Source: Antedon mediterranea
Taxonomy: Eukaryota > Animalia > Echinodermata
Assembly: GCF_964355755.1 (NCBI RefSeq)
Contig: NC_092676.1
Location: 2,733,788-2,797,787, forward strand
DNA: 64,000 nt
Reading direction: 5' to 3'
Shown here: piece after piece, positions 39,070-51,800 of the stretch
Position numbering within the stretch: the stretch's first letter is position 1
Layout of the letters: every line of letters starts with the position of its first letter
The notes under the pieces: model-generated
Seen by the model: the letters and a program-made list of their open reading frames with translations, nothing else
What the model was told of the DNA's origin: nothing
Databases searched by the model: none
Position numbers and translations under genes: made by a program

Positions 39070-39621
39070 AGACTTGTAATAATAAGTCTTTGTTTATGTA
39101 GAACATCTTGTTTGTCTTGTGAACGGGATTGTCACCTTTGAGAAGGATAGTGAATGAATTCCTTGAGTGGTTGTCCTTGGCAATTTTCCTAAAATGAGAA
39201 TTTAAAAAAAAGAGTGGTATGCATTTAATTGTTTAGGTCTACAAACCCCCTAAACATCACTAAATTTCAAATGTTTAAAAACAGTAAACATTATTAGCAA
39301 AGAAGAATGAGTGATCATTATGGTAATACAGATATTGCCTGCTTAGAGGTTTATCTTCCGATGGAATTATATTGGACGAGGGACTATATTTTCCTGAAGG
39401 GGATATATCAAATGTTATATTACACCCATACAAAAGCCTTGTAGTTTAATTTTAACGAATGAATTCACAAAGTGTGTACACTGGGAGTACTTTTCTTTCG
39501 GTCATTATAAAATAATAATTTTCTCCAAGATGATATAATATTTTCGGTTCTCGGAGGGCTAATCACGTAATGCCATTTCTACTAATCACGTTCTTGTATT
39601 TACACAGACTACGCAATCTAA

Positions 39622-39771
39622 AGCTCTGTCACACTATCAAACTTTGTGTGACAAAATGTTTGATGTGCCCATATGATGTCATATCACTACCATATTTAGC
39701 TATGTCACTACCATATTTAGGCATATCACTAACATGTTTAGGCACATCACACTTTTTTTGTCAAACTAGCT
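39622..39771. mobile_element. MITE family B copy
   Basis: TAA|AGCTCTGTC-ACACTATCAAACT...; family B internal ATATCACTACCATATTT repeats. Confidence 0.75.
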
Positions 39772-40789
39772 TAACATTTTCAATGATTTTCAATATCATC
39801 TCTAAACGTATAGTGTATTTCCTATAAGGATTACCATATCACAAAAGGCATATAACTAAATTTTGATAACATGGAAACAGCTACCACATTGCAGGTGTTT
39901 TCATAAACAAACTAATCTACACAGTAACTATGTATGACGTCATTTATAAATTTATATATAATATATATAATTCAATAGAAGTAAAGATATGTATGTATTT
40001 CTTTTAAAGGAGGAGACTGGGTGACAATGTCGAATAACATACGTATATAATATTTTAAAGGCAATTAAAATGTCTTATTCAACTCAACTAATTACATATC
40101 TGTTTCAAATTTGTAATACAATATTTACTTTGGACGTGATCGAACATAATTATTTTGATAATTATCATTAGTAAACTAATTAAATTGAGATATAATGCTT
40201 AAAATCATACAAGATATAAATAAGGTTTAAAACTGTTATGCAATTTCAATTGTTGACGCATAAACGTAAACAAATACATGCTTGTTACATTTTAAAGGGC
40301 TTATTCGCGAATTTTATATTAAAGGCTATCACTTGATATCACTAGAAAAATTCCTGTAGCATTTCAAAAGGGCTTATTCGCGAATTTCGTTCTCGTTATT
40401 TTAAATGTGATCACAAAATATATTGATTTTAATTACAGTCTAAAAACACATCAAGCAGTCACAATTAAATTTTTTTTATTAAAAACATTAATTACAGATT
40501 GAAATGTTATAAAAATAAATAGGTCAATACGCATTCTTATTTAAATAATTATTTATTTAATCTAATACGGTAATAGTAATAACTAGATATAATGTGTAAA
40601 GCTGTACATTCATAATATAAAAACCAATTGATAGATAATAGATAGTTTCTGATGTCTAATCAATCAATCGAATTGCTAATTTTCATTGTGATCAAAAAAC
40701 TAGTTTAAATTGTGAAATTAGTATTGGTTTTACAATTTGTGATATATATTAGAAACGGAGATGGATAGGCACAATGCATGAGGTCTGGT

Positions 40790-40952
40790 CAGAAAAGTCG
40801 ACCTCGGGTAAAAAAAGTCAACCTCGTGTAAAAATAGTCCACATCGGGTCAAAAAAAGTCGACATCGGGTCAAAAAATTCGTCATCGGGTTAAAACAATT
40901 CGTAATCTGGTAAAAAAGTTCGTCATCGAGTAAAAAAAGTCGACATCGGGTT
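40790..40952. repeat. ~21-bp degenerate minisatellite
   Basis: AAAAAAGTCGACATCGGGT-like units. Confidence 0.75.
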
Positions 40953-41252
40953 AGAAAATGTGTAGTTTCTTGAAAATGTGGCGGCGAATGTTTTCGTATG
41001 TGTTTTTAAATTTTTTTTGTGGTTCACTTTATTCATTCAATGTTTCATTACATAATTTCTAAACATTTTCTACCTTTTTAAATTATTTTCTGTTTTTCCC
41101 CTCATTAATATCATAACTTTAACCTTAGTATCATCATTAGTAAACTCATCAGTTAGTATTTTGTTTTCTGAATTACTAAACATTACTACAAAGTATTTAC
41201 TTCTTAACATTCTTTTTTTTGGGTTAAATCCTCTATTCTTTTTTAATTGCAG

Positions 41253-42147
41253 GTTTTTGCAATTATTTCAACGGTGGCAGTTGTGTTGTCTATCACAACA
41301 TTCTGTCTGGAAACCACGTTTACCAGTGATGAGAAAACCGCAATGAACACATTGTTTTATGTAGAAGGCGTTTGCGTCATGTGGTTCGTTTCTGAGTTAA
41401 TAATTCGTTTTATCTTCTGTCCGAACAAGAAAAAATACTTTGTCAATCCGTTTCATATCATAGACTTCATTGGTTGCGTGCCGTTTTTCGTTGACTGTAT
41501 TGTTAGGTTGACGGACTCGCAAATAAACGATGCCGTTGCGGAGTTTTTTGGATTTATACGTATAGTGCGAATCTTCCGCGTCTTCAAAATGACGCGGCAT
41601 TTTAGCGGATTGCAAATTTTGATACAGACTATTCGATCTAGCGCCAAAGAACTGATGCTGCTCAGTATGTTTTTAGGAATTGGTGTCTTAACTTTTGGAA
41701 GTCTGTTATACTATGCAGAAAAAACAGATGATGATGATTCTGGAGGAGGGTGCCAACGTATCAATAACATCCCTGTAGGATTCTGGTGGGCCGTGGTTAC
41801 CATGACGACGGTCGGGTATGGAGACGTTTGCCCGTTGAAACCTATCGGCAAGCTGATTGGCTCAGTGACGGGCGTGTTTGGCGTTCTAATGATCGCTTTG
41901 CCCGTCCCCGTTATTGTCAACAATTTTGCGCTGTATTACTCGCATGCGCAGGCTCGATTAAAGTTACCCAAAAAACGTAAGCGCGTTCTGGTGGACGTCC
42001 CTGACGCGTTGAAGGGTCACACCATACAGAACATGTCCTCGAGCATAAGTGGGTACTCAACTCAATCCACAAACGACATGAATGAACTGGATAATTCAAG
42101 CGTACACAGTGACCGTATTGGGAATGACAGGTGCAACCTAAAAACAG
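41253..42147 (+). CDS. KCNC: Shaw/Kv3 channel exon encoding S1-S6, pore and proximal C-terminus
   Basis: S4 IRIVRIFRVFKMTRH, filter TMTTVGYGD, gate PVPVIVNNF, Shaw-type YYSHAQARLKLPKKRKRVL; ends phase 1 at G|GTAAG. Confidence 0.97.
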
Positions 42148-42185
42148 GTAAGGGTTTTTAGCCTGTCGAATTTCATTCACTGGCA

Positions 42186-42382
42186 TTGAATCCGAAAAGA
42201 GTGTAATTTCACTCTTCACTGGATTGAATCCGAAAAGAGTGTAATTTCACTCTTTCCTGGATTGAATCCGAAAGGAGTGTAATTTCACTCTTCCCTGGAT
42301 TGAATCCGAAAGGAGTGTAATTTCACTCTTTCCTGGATTGAATCCGAAAGGAGTGTAATTTCACTCTTCCCTGGATTGAATC
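42186..42382. repeat. 38-bp hairpin-containing minisatellite, 5 copies, in Kv3 intron
   Basis: TTGAATCCGAAA(A/G)GAGTGTAATTTCACTCTT..CTGGA units. Confidence 0.92.
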
Positions 42383-42512
42383 AAAATTATTCTATATGAA
42401 CAGCTACGCAATGTATGCATTGTATTAAAAATGATTGAAACAGAGCCCGTTTTTTTAAAACTTATTATAAAATGTAATATAATTATGTTATAATAACCTC
42501 ACTTATTTTCAG

Positions 42513-42538
42513 AAAGCGGACCAAGCGTCGTGAAATAA
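42513..42538 (+). CDS. KCNC: Putative alternative short terminal exon of Kv3, (E)SGPSVVK*
   Basis: ttattttcag acceptor; phase-1 compatible; stop overlaps AATAAA at 42534-42539. Confidence 0.4.
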
Positions 42539-42950
42539 ATCCCTTTTGTAAAAGTGGTACTATACAGGACCTTTTCCTAGTGTTGAAATGAACTTATTTA
42601 TTTTGTAAATTTGATGCATTTTTTAAATTTATATAAATATAAAAGAACAATTCATTTTACATAATAGTCTAACCCTAACCCTAATAGCGCTCTACACCAT
42701 AGCGAGGCCCACAGCCTACTAAGCCAAATGAGCATGCCATGCAAGCCCAATTTGCATAACTGGAGCACCAGGTGAAATACAACAAACTAATTAATTAATT
42801 TTACACACAGACACATTACCCGGTTAACGACTGGAAACCATTGAGATTACGAAAAAGTCCTGTCTATATTAGCCCCACTTACAAAAAAGACCTTATTTTA
42901 CAACGTTTGTTCCACTTTCTTATTTTTCTTACATTACAATACAGTTTCAG

Positions 42951-43109
42951 CATCAATACCGGTCTCTGGTGAAAAGACAAATATCACAGTTCAATTTATG
43001 GACGAGTTAAGCTACAAGAGTAGCAGTCCCGATAGAACGAAGTCAATAAAGAAGCCTGGGGTTGGAAAGCGGGCAAGCATTCTACCAAGGCCTAGCCTCG
43101 CAACAAATG
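42951..43109 (+). CDS. KCNC: Kv3 C-terminal exon (alternative in-frame acceptor at 42945)
   Basis: (A)SIPVSGEKTNITVQFMDELSYKSSSPDRTKSIKKPGVGKRASILPRPSLATN; open 159 nt, phase 1 to 1, GTAAGT donor; GC-richer than flanks. Confidence 0.75.
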
Positions 43110-43619
43110 GTAAGTAATATTACGCCTCATACAGATTCTACGTAGGACAAGCTACGCGGTTTTCCGCTTACCGTACCGCTCGTCAGGAAACGAAACGAGT
43201 TTGAAAATCAGGTTGTTAAAATTGCAATAGTAAATCTATTGAAAATAGTGAGGTTGTGAGAAGATCGAACCGTGACAAATTGGTAAACGTATTCGAAGAA
43301 AACATCTTGTTTGGCGCCTAATAAGCGGTCACCATCTGCCCAAGACAAAGTCCTCACAAACTGTTTTGTTGTATAAATTAGATATCGACGTACGCGTGCG
43401 ATTAATTATAAGGTTATATTATAATGTCATCTCGCAAACAAATCTCCCAAAAAAAGAAAAAAACCACTACCAAAGATGGTAGACGAAACGCAAAGATGGT
43501 AGACGAAACGCAATGATCGTAACGCAACGCAAAGATGGTGGACGCGACGCAAGCGAGTTGATCGATGACAGTGATAGTTCGAATAAACGCAATTGCCTGT
43601 GTTTGGTAAAATCCTTTAA

Positions 43620-43798
43620 AGCGTGGTTCCTACTAGTGACGCAACGCAATGACGTAACGCAACGCAAGTGAATTGACCAATCACAAGCGATGGCTTATTC
43701 GCTTGTGATTGCTAACTATCTATAACTTCGCTTGTCATTGGTTAAAACGCTTGCGTTTCGTTAACGTCCTTGCGTTACGTTCTAGTGGGAACCAAGCT
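43620..43798. mobile_element. MITE family A full copy, opposite orientation
   Basis: TAA|AGCGTGGTTCCTACTAG...CTAGTGGGAACCAAGCT|TAA; 179 bp. Confidence 0.9.
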
Positions 43799-44041
43799 TA
43801 AGTTGCACTTACGTCATTGTGTTGCGTCTCTAGTGGGAATGTGGCATTACATATAAGGAGTTATTATTATGACTGTGTCATTGAACTGAATCAAATACAT
43901 TATTCATTAACTATCCGTTAAGTATTGTTTATTATATAACACCTAAATACATTTCTGTCATTTGATTTGACGATTGTGGGTCACATGGCGTGCAATAGTA
44001 CGCACTATTTTATAATAATATACTGTTTATTTTGATTTCAG

Positions 44042-44142
44042 GAATTACAGGTGACGCCAGAGGGACACGTGGAAGTAACTCGTTTAAAAACAGAAGGAGA
44101 TCTTTTCTACCACCAGCAATGACAGATATTAGTAGCTGTTGA
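44042..44142 (+). CDS. KCNC: Kv3 terminal exon (long isoform)
   Basis: tttgatttcag| (G)ITGDARGTRGSNSFKNRRRSFLPPAMTDISSC*; phase-compatible with the preceding exon. Confidence 0.7.
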
Positions 44143-44236
44143 CCAATCACAAGCGACAGTTTGAATGATACATCCGGGCGCTTTCATACGTCATGCGTTG
44201 TGTCCAAGTGGGAACCAAACTTAAAGCTTTGCTTAA

Positions 44237-44379
44237 AACTCTATCTACACTATCAAACTAGTTTGACACAAAAACTGTGATATACCCAAATATGATAGTG
44301 ATATGACATTATCATGTCCATATATAGGCACACCACATTTTTGGTCACATATAAAGTTTGATACTGTGTAGAAAGATCT
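44237..44379. mobile_element. MITE family B copy (diverged) just after the Kv3 stop
   Basis: CTCTATCTACACTATCAAACTAGTTTGAC...AGTTTGATACTGTGTAGA. Confidence 0.7.
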
Positions 44380-45623
44380 TTATACATTGTTGCTGCTTGA
44401 GGTATGTCAGCTGAGTTCATGAGGGTGGGTGTTTGGAGTATGATGGGCTAGGCCTCCACAACCACCATCGGTACCTCTCAATTTAGTTGATCGTTTGCTA
44501 TCACAACGCGTATATTGAAAGCGCAAGAGTAATTGTTGTTGCGCATCAAAGTGTATTGAAAGCTCATATTCTTCAGTTGAATATGCAAAATACATACGCT
44601 GAGTAAATTAGTCCTCATTCTCTTAAAAATATGGAAAAATAAGAAAAAAATATTCATTGGGTAATCATTCGGTATAGAGGAGGAGAAAACGGGTTCAACA
44701 CTGTAAAATACGGACTAAAAAATGTTTTTAAATAATACTGACAAAAATGAGTTTTTTTAATTCGAAATAAGAAAGAAAAATAATAATATTCCATGCTTGA
44801 TTTGAAATTATTATCAATTCACTTAAATCTAATACAATTGTCCAAAAACAAGTCATTCAATTGCGTGGGCCTAGAACAATCACAATTACTTAGTAATACG
44901 CCAGTCAAGAATAAATATTGAGTATATTGACTGGTAAATAGAACGAATATGAAATGAAAATAAACACAATATCATTCTAGAGTAATCTAGTACCATTTCG
45001 GACTTATAGCTTTGTAGAACTTTGAAATGCTTTTTTTTTTAAACAAAATGTGGCATGCATACTGTATATAAATTGTAATATAATTATCGTAATATATTTT
45101 ATAATATTTAGGCTATAAGTGTGTAGGTAAGTTGGCCCTTATTTTTATTTTTGGAAACCCGTGGTGTTAGGCTACCATCGCACCGTTATTGAAGTTGACA
45201 TTTGACCAAGAATATTGATTAAAGTATGCTTTTTATATGCCATGTTAGGGCGATGGTATGTCAGTTATGTACTGTTGTAAGCTTTAGCAAATGAGAGTGA
45301 ATTGATGAGCAGTCTTACAGAAGAGTTGATTGAGCCGGAAATGAAGCGATGGAGAAACTCCGGTACGGAAAAAAAAGTCGCGGACTGCGATTCAAACTGC
45401 TGTATCTGATCGGTGAATCACTTGTTGAGTTCACTCTCTAGTCGTTATAGTAATACCTCTGTGGCTTTCGTACATTATATGTATCTACTGTTTGACGGTT
45501 TGCATGGCGGAAATCAATATGTTGATACACCACTCATTCATTGGTTGAAAACAATAAAATACAAGAACAATTTGCGAGAACAAGATTACAAGAAATACGA
45601 TAGAAATGGGAGCTTAAAAGATA

Positions 45624-45766
45624 AGCTCTGTTGACACTATAACACTTTTATGTGACAAAAAACTGTGATGTGACCATATATGGACATGATGTCATATCAC
45701 TACCTTATTGGTGCATATCACTACTATAGTTGATAGTGTTTGATAGTGTTTACACTAAACAGAGCT
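45624..45766. mobile_element. MITE family B copy (diverged)
   Basis: AGCTCTGT...ACAGAGCT termini with family B interior. Confidence 0.7.
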
Positions 45767-45849
45767 TTAAAAGCAGAAAACATCATATCAATATATTAAA
45801 GAAATATATGCGCACATATAGCGATATAAGCGCATAGGCCTAATTATTG

Positions 45850-48800
45850 AATTTTAAAAAGTCGATATTTTGTTCATTTTTCAAAAAAATCCCTTTTATT
45901 TTTCGACAAAACTGTATTATGGTTCTATAAGTTGTTTGCAAAGCAATATATGCGCACATATAGTTTTTTGGTAAAACTGGTTACTATAGCACAATTAACA
46001 TGCGCAGAACCCATTAGTCGACTCTGCGCATGGTTATTATGCTATAGTAACCATTTATGTCAAAAGTGGTTACTATGGCACAATTGACATGCACAGAACC
46101 CATTATTCGCCTCTGCGCATGTTTTAATATTATGCTATAGTAACAATTTATGTCAAAACTGGTTTCTATAGCACAATTTACATGCGTAGAACTCTCTGCG
46201 CATGTTTATTATGCAATAGTAACCATTTATGTCAAAAAATAAAAGGGTCGAAAATCGGCCATTTTTCAAAAATATGGCCAATTTTCGACCTTTTTATTTT
46301 TCGATAAAACTGGTAACTATAGCACAATTGACATGCGCAGAACCCATTATTCAGCTCTGCGCATGTTTATTATGCTATAGTAACCATTTATGTCAAAAAA
46401 TAACAGGGTCGAAAATCGGCCATTTTTCGGAAATTTCCCTATACTATAGTACAGGGATTTTTCAAAAAATGGCAAATTTTTGACTTTTTTATTTTTCGAT
46501 AAAACTGGTTACTATAGCACAATTGACATGCGCAGAACCCATTATTCGGCTCTGCGCATGTTTATTATGCTATAGTAACCATTTATGTCAAAAAATAAAA
46601 GGGTCGAAAATCGGCCATTTTTCGGAAATTTCCCTGTCCTATAGTACAGGGATTTTTCAAAAAATGGAAAATTTTTGACCTTTTTATTTTTCGATAGAAC
46701 TGGTTACTATAGCACAATTGACATGCGCAGAACCCATTATTCGGCTCTGCGCATGTTTATTATGCTATGGTAACCATTTATGTCAAAATTGGTTACTATA
46801 GCACAATTGACATGCGCAGAACCCATTATTTGTCTTTGCACATGTTTATTATGCAATAGTAACCATTTATGTCAAAAAATAAAAGGGTTGAAAATCGGCC
46901 ATTTTTCGGAAATTTCCCTGTACTATAGTACAGGGATTTTTCAAAAAAATGGCAAATTTTTGACCTTTTTATTTTTCGATAAAACTGGTTACTATAGCAC
47001 AATTGACATGCGCAGAACCCATTATTGGGCTCTGCGCATGTTTATTATGCAATAGTAACCATTTATGTCAAAAAATAAAAGGGTTGAAAATCGGCCATTT
47101 TTCGGAAATTTCCCTGTACTATAGTACAGGGATTTTTCAAAAAAATGGCAAATTTTTGACCTTTTTATTTTTCGATAAAACTGGTTACTATAGCACAATT
47201 GACATGCGCAGAACCCATTATTTGGCTCTGCGCATGTTTATTATGCTATAGTAACCATTTATGTCAAAAAATAAAAGGGTCGAAAATCGGCCATTTTTAG
47301 GAAATTTCCCTGTACAGGGATTTTTCAAAAATACGGCCAATTTTCGACCTTTTTATTTTTCGATAAAACTGGTAACTATAGCACAATTGACATGCGCAGA
47401 ACCCATTATTGGGCTCTCCGCATGTTTATTATGCAATAGTAACCATTTATGTCAAAAAATAAAAGGGTTGAAAATCGGCCATTTTTCGGAAATTTCCCTG
47501 TACTATAGTACAGGGATTTTTTTTAAAAAATGGCAAATTTTTGACCTTTTTATTTTTCGATAAAACTGGTTACTATAGCACAATTGACATGCGCAGAACC
47601 CATTATTCAGCTCTGCGCATGTTTATTATGCTATAGTAATCATTTATGTCAAAAAATAAAAGGGTCGAAAATCGGCCATTTTTCGGAAATTTCCCTATAC
47701 TATAGTACATGGATTTTTCAAAAAATGGCAAATTTTTGACCTTTTTATTTTTCAATAAAACTGGTTACTATCGCACAATTGACATGCACAGAACCCATTA
47801 TTCGGCTCTGCGCATGTTTAGTATGCAATAGTAACCATTTATGTCAAAAAATAAAAGGGTCGAAAATCAGCCATTTTTCGGAAATTTCCCTATACTATAG
47901 TACAGGGATTTTTCAAAAAATGGCAAATTTTTGACCTTTTTATTTTTCGATAAAACTGGTTACTATAGCACAATTGACATGCGCAGAACCCATTATTCGG
48001 CTCTGCGCATGTTTATTATGCTATAGTAACCATTTATGTCAAAATTGGTTACTATAGCACAATTGACATGCGCAGAACCCATTATTCGGCTCTGCGCATG
48101 TTTATTATGCTATAGTAACCATTTATGTCAAAAAATAAAAGGGTCGAAAATCGGCCATTTTTAGGAAATTTCCCTGTACAGGGATTTTTCAAAAATATGG
48201 CCAATTTTCGACCTTTTTATTTTTCGATAAAACTGGTAACTATAGCACAATTGACATGCGCAGAACCCATTATTGGGCTCTGCGCATGTTTATTATGCAA
48301 TAGTAACCATTTATGTCAAAAAATAAAAGGGTTGAAAATCGGCCATTTTTCGGAAATTTCCCTGTACTATAGTACAGGGATTTTTCAAAAAATGGCAAAT
48401 TTTTGACCTTTTTATTCTTCGATAGAACTGGTTACTATAGCACAATTGACATGCGCAGAACCCATTATTCGGCTCTGCGCATGTTTATTATGCTATAGTA
48501 ACCATTTATGTCAAAATTGGTTACTATAGCCCAATTGACATGCGCAGAACCCATTATTTGTCTTTGCGCATGTTTATTATGCAATAGTAACCATTTATGT
48601 CAAAAAATAAAAGGGTTGAAAATCGGCCATTTTTCGGAAATTTCCCTGTACTATAGTACAGGGATTTTTAAAAAAAAAAATGGCAAATTTTTGACCTTTT
48701 TATTTTTCGATAAAACTGGTAACTATAGCACAATTGACATGCGCAGAACCCATTATTCAGCTCTGCGCATGTTTATTATGCTATAGTAACCATTTATGTC

Positions 48801-51800
48801 AAAAAATAACAGGGTCGAAAATCGGCCATTTTTCGGAAATTTCCCTATACTATAGTACAGGGATTTTTCAAAAAATGGCAAATTTTTGACTTTTTTATTT
48901 TTCGATAAAACTGGTTACTATAGCACAATTGACATGCGCAGAACCCATTATTCGGCTCTGCGCATGTTTATTATGCTATATAACCATTTATGTCAAAAAA
49001 TAAAAGGGTCGAAAATCGGCCATTTTTCGGAAATTTCCCTGTACTATAGTAAAGGGATTTTTCAAAAAATGGCAAATTTTTGACCTTTTTATTTTTCGAT
49101 AGAACTGGTTACTATAGCACAATTGACATGCGCAGAACCCATTATTCGGCTCTGCGCATGTTTATTATGCTATAGTAACCATTTATGTCAAAATTGGTTA
49201 CTATAGCACAATTGACATGCGCAGAACCCATTATTTGTCTTTGCGCATGTTTATTATGCAATAGTAACCATTTATGTCAAAAAATAAAAGGGTTGAAAAT
49301 CGGCCATTTTTCGGAAATTTCCCTGTACTATAGTACAGGGATTTTTAAAAAAAATGGCAAATTTTTGACCTTTTTATTTTTCGATAAAACTGGTTACTAT
49401 AGCACAATTGACATGCGCAGAACCCATTATTCGGCTCTGCGCATGTTTATTAGGCTATAGTAACCATTTATGTCAAAAAATAAAAGGGTCGAAAATCGGC
49501 CATTTTTAGGAAATTTCCCTGTACAGGGATTTTTCAAAAATACGGCCAATTTTCGACCTTTTTATTTTTCGATAAAACTGGTAACTATAGCACAATTGAC
49601 ATGCGCAGAACCCATTATTGGGCTCTCCGCATGTTTATTATGCAATAGTAACCATTTATGTCAAAAAATAAAAGGGTTGAAAATCGGCCATTTTTCGGAA
49701 ATTTCCCTGTACTATAGTACAGGGATTTTTTAAAAAAAATGGCAAATTTTTGACCTTTTTATTTTTCGATAAAACTGGTTACTATAGCACAATTGACATG
49801 CGCAGAACCCATTATTCAGCTCTGCGCATGTTTATTATGCTATAGTAATCATTTATGTCAAAAAATAAAAGGGTCGAAAATCGGCCATTTTTCGGAAATT
49901 TCCCTATACTATAGTACATGGATTTTTCAAAAAAATGGCAAATTTTTGACCTTTTTATTTTTCAATAAAACTGGTTACTATCGCACAATTGACATGCACA
50001 GAACCCATTATTCGGCTCTGCGCATGTTTAGTATGCAATAGTAACCATTTATGTCAAAAAATAAAAGGGTCGAAAATCGGCCATTTTTCGGAAATTTCCC
50101 TGTACTATAGTACAGGGATTTTTCCAAAAAATGGCAAATTTTTGACCTTTTTATTTTTCGATAAAACTGGTTACTATAGCACAATTGACATGCGCAGAAC
50201 CCATTATTCGGCTCTGCGCATGTTTATTATGCTATAGTAACCATTTATGTCAAAATTGGTTACTATAGCACAATTGACATGCGCAGAACCCATTATTCGG
50301 CTCTGCGCATGTTTATTATGCTATAGTAACCATTTGTCAAAAAATAAAAGGGTCGAAAATCGGCAATTTGTCGGAAATTTCCCTGTACTATAGTACAGGG
50401 ATTTTTTCAAAAAAATGGCCAATTTTCGACCTCTTTATTTTTCGATAAAACTGGTTACTATAGCACAATTGACATGCGCAGAGCCCATTAGTCGACTCTG
50501 CGCATGTTTATTATGCTATAGTAACCATTTATGTCAAAAAATAAAAGGGTCGAAAATCGGCCATTTTTCGGAAATTTCCCTATACTATAGTACAGGGATT
50601 TTTCAAAAAATGGCAAATTTTTGACCTTTTTATTTTTCGATAAAACTGGTTACTATAGCACAATTGACATGTGCAGAACCCATTATTCGGCTCTGCGCAT
50701 GTTTATTATGCTATAGTAACCATTTATGTCAAAAAATAAAAGGGTCGAAAATCGGCCATTTTTCGGAAATTTCCCTGTCCTATAGTACAGGGATTTTTCA
50801 AAAAATGGCAAATTTTTGACCTTTTTATTTTTCGATAAAACTGGTTACTATAGCACAATTGACATGCGCAGAACCCATTATTCGGCTCTGCGCATGTTTA
50901 TTATGCAATAGTAACCATTTATGTCAAAAAATAAAAGGGTTGAAAATCGGCCATTTTTCGGAAATTTCCCTGTACTATAGTACAGGGATTTTTCAAAAAA
51001 TGGCAAATTTTTGACCTTTTTATTCTTCGATAGAACTGGTTACTATAGCACAATTGACATGCGCAGAACCCATTATTCGGCTCTGCGCATGTTTATTATG
51101 CTATAGTAACCATTTATGTCAAAATTGGTTACTATAGCCCAATTGACATGCGCAGAACCCATTATTTGTCTTTGCGCATGTTTATTATGCAATAGTAACC
51201 ATTTATGTCAAAAAATAAAAGGGTTGAAAATCGGCCATTTTTCGGAAATTTCCCTGTACTATAGTACAGGGATTTTTCAAAAAAAAAAATGGCAAATTTT
51301 TGACCTTTTTATTTTTCGATAAAACTGGTTACTATAGCACAATTGACATGCGCAGAACCCATTATTCAGCTCTGCGCATGTTTATTATGCTATAGTAACC
51401 ATTTATGTCAAAAAATAAAAGGGTCGAAAATCGGCCATTTTTCGGAAATTTCCCTATACTATAGTACAGGGATTTTTCAAAAAATGGCAAATTTTTGACC
51501 TTTTTATTTTTCGATAAAACTGGTTACTATAGCACAATTGACATGCGCAGAACCCATTATTCGGCTCTGCGCATGTTTATTATGCTATAGTAACCATTTA
51601 TGTCAAAAAATAAAAGGGTCGAAAATCGGCCATTTTTCGGAAATTTCCCTGTCCTATAGTACAGGGATTTTTCAAAAAATGGCAAATTTTTGACCTTTTT
51701 ATTTTTCGATAGAACTGGTTACTATAGCACAATTGACATGCGCAGACCCATTATTCGGCTCTGCGCATGTTTATTATGCTATAGTAACCATTTATGTCAA

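Noticed and set aside
41397-42219. Antisense and alternate-frame ORFs over the Kv3 exon, and similar ones over BCAT and ARL1 exons
   Set aside because: Shadows of real coding sequence with no independent evidence.
42669-42684. Telomere-like (CCCTAA)n
   Set aside because: Under three units; such motifs are common in TE fragments.
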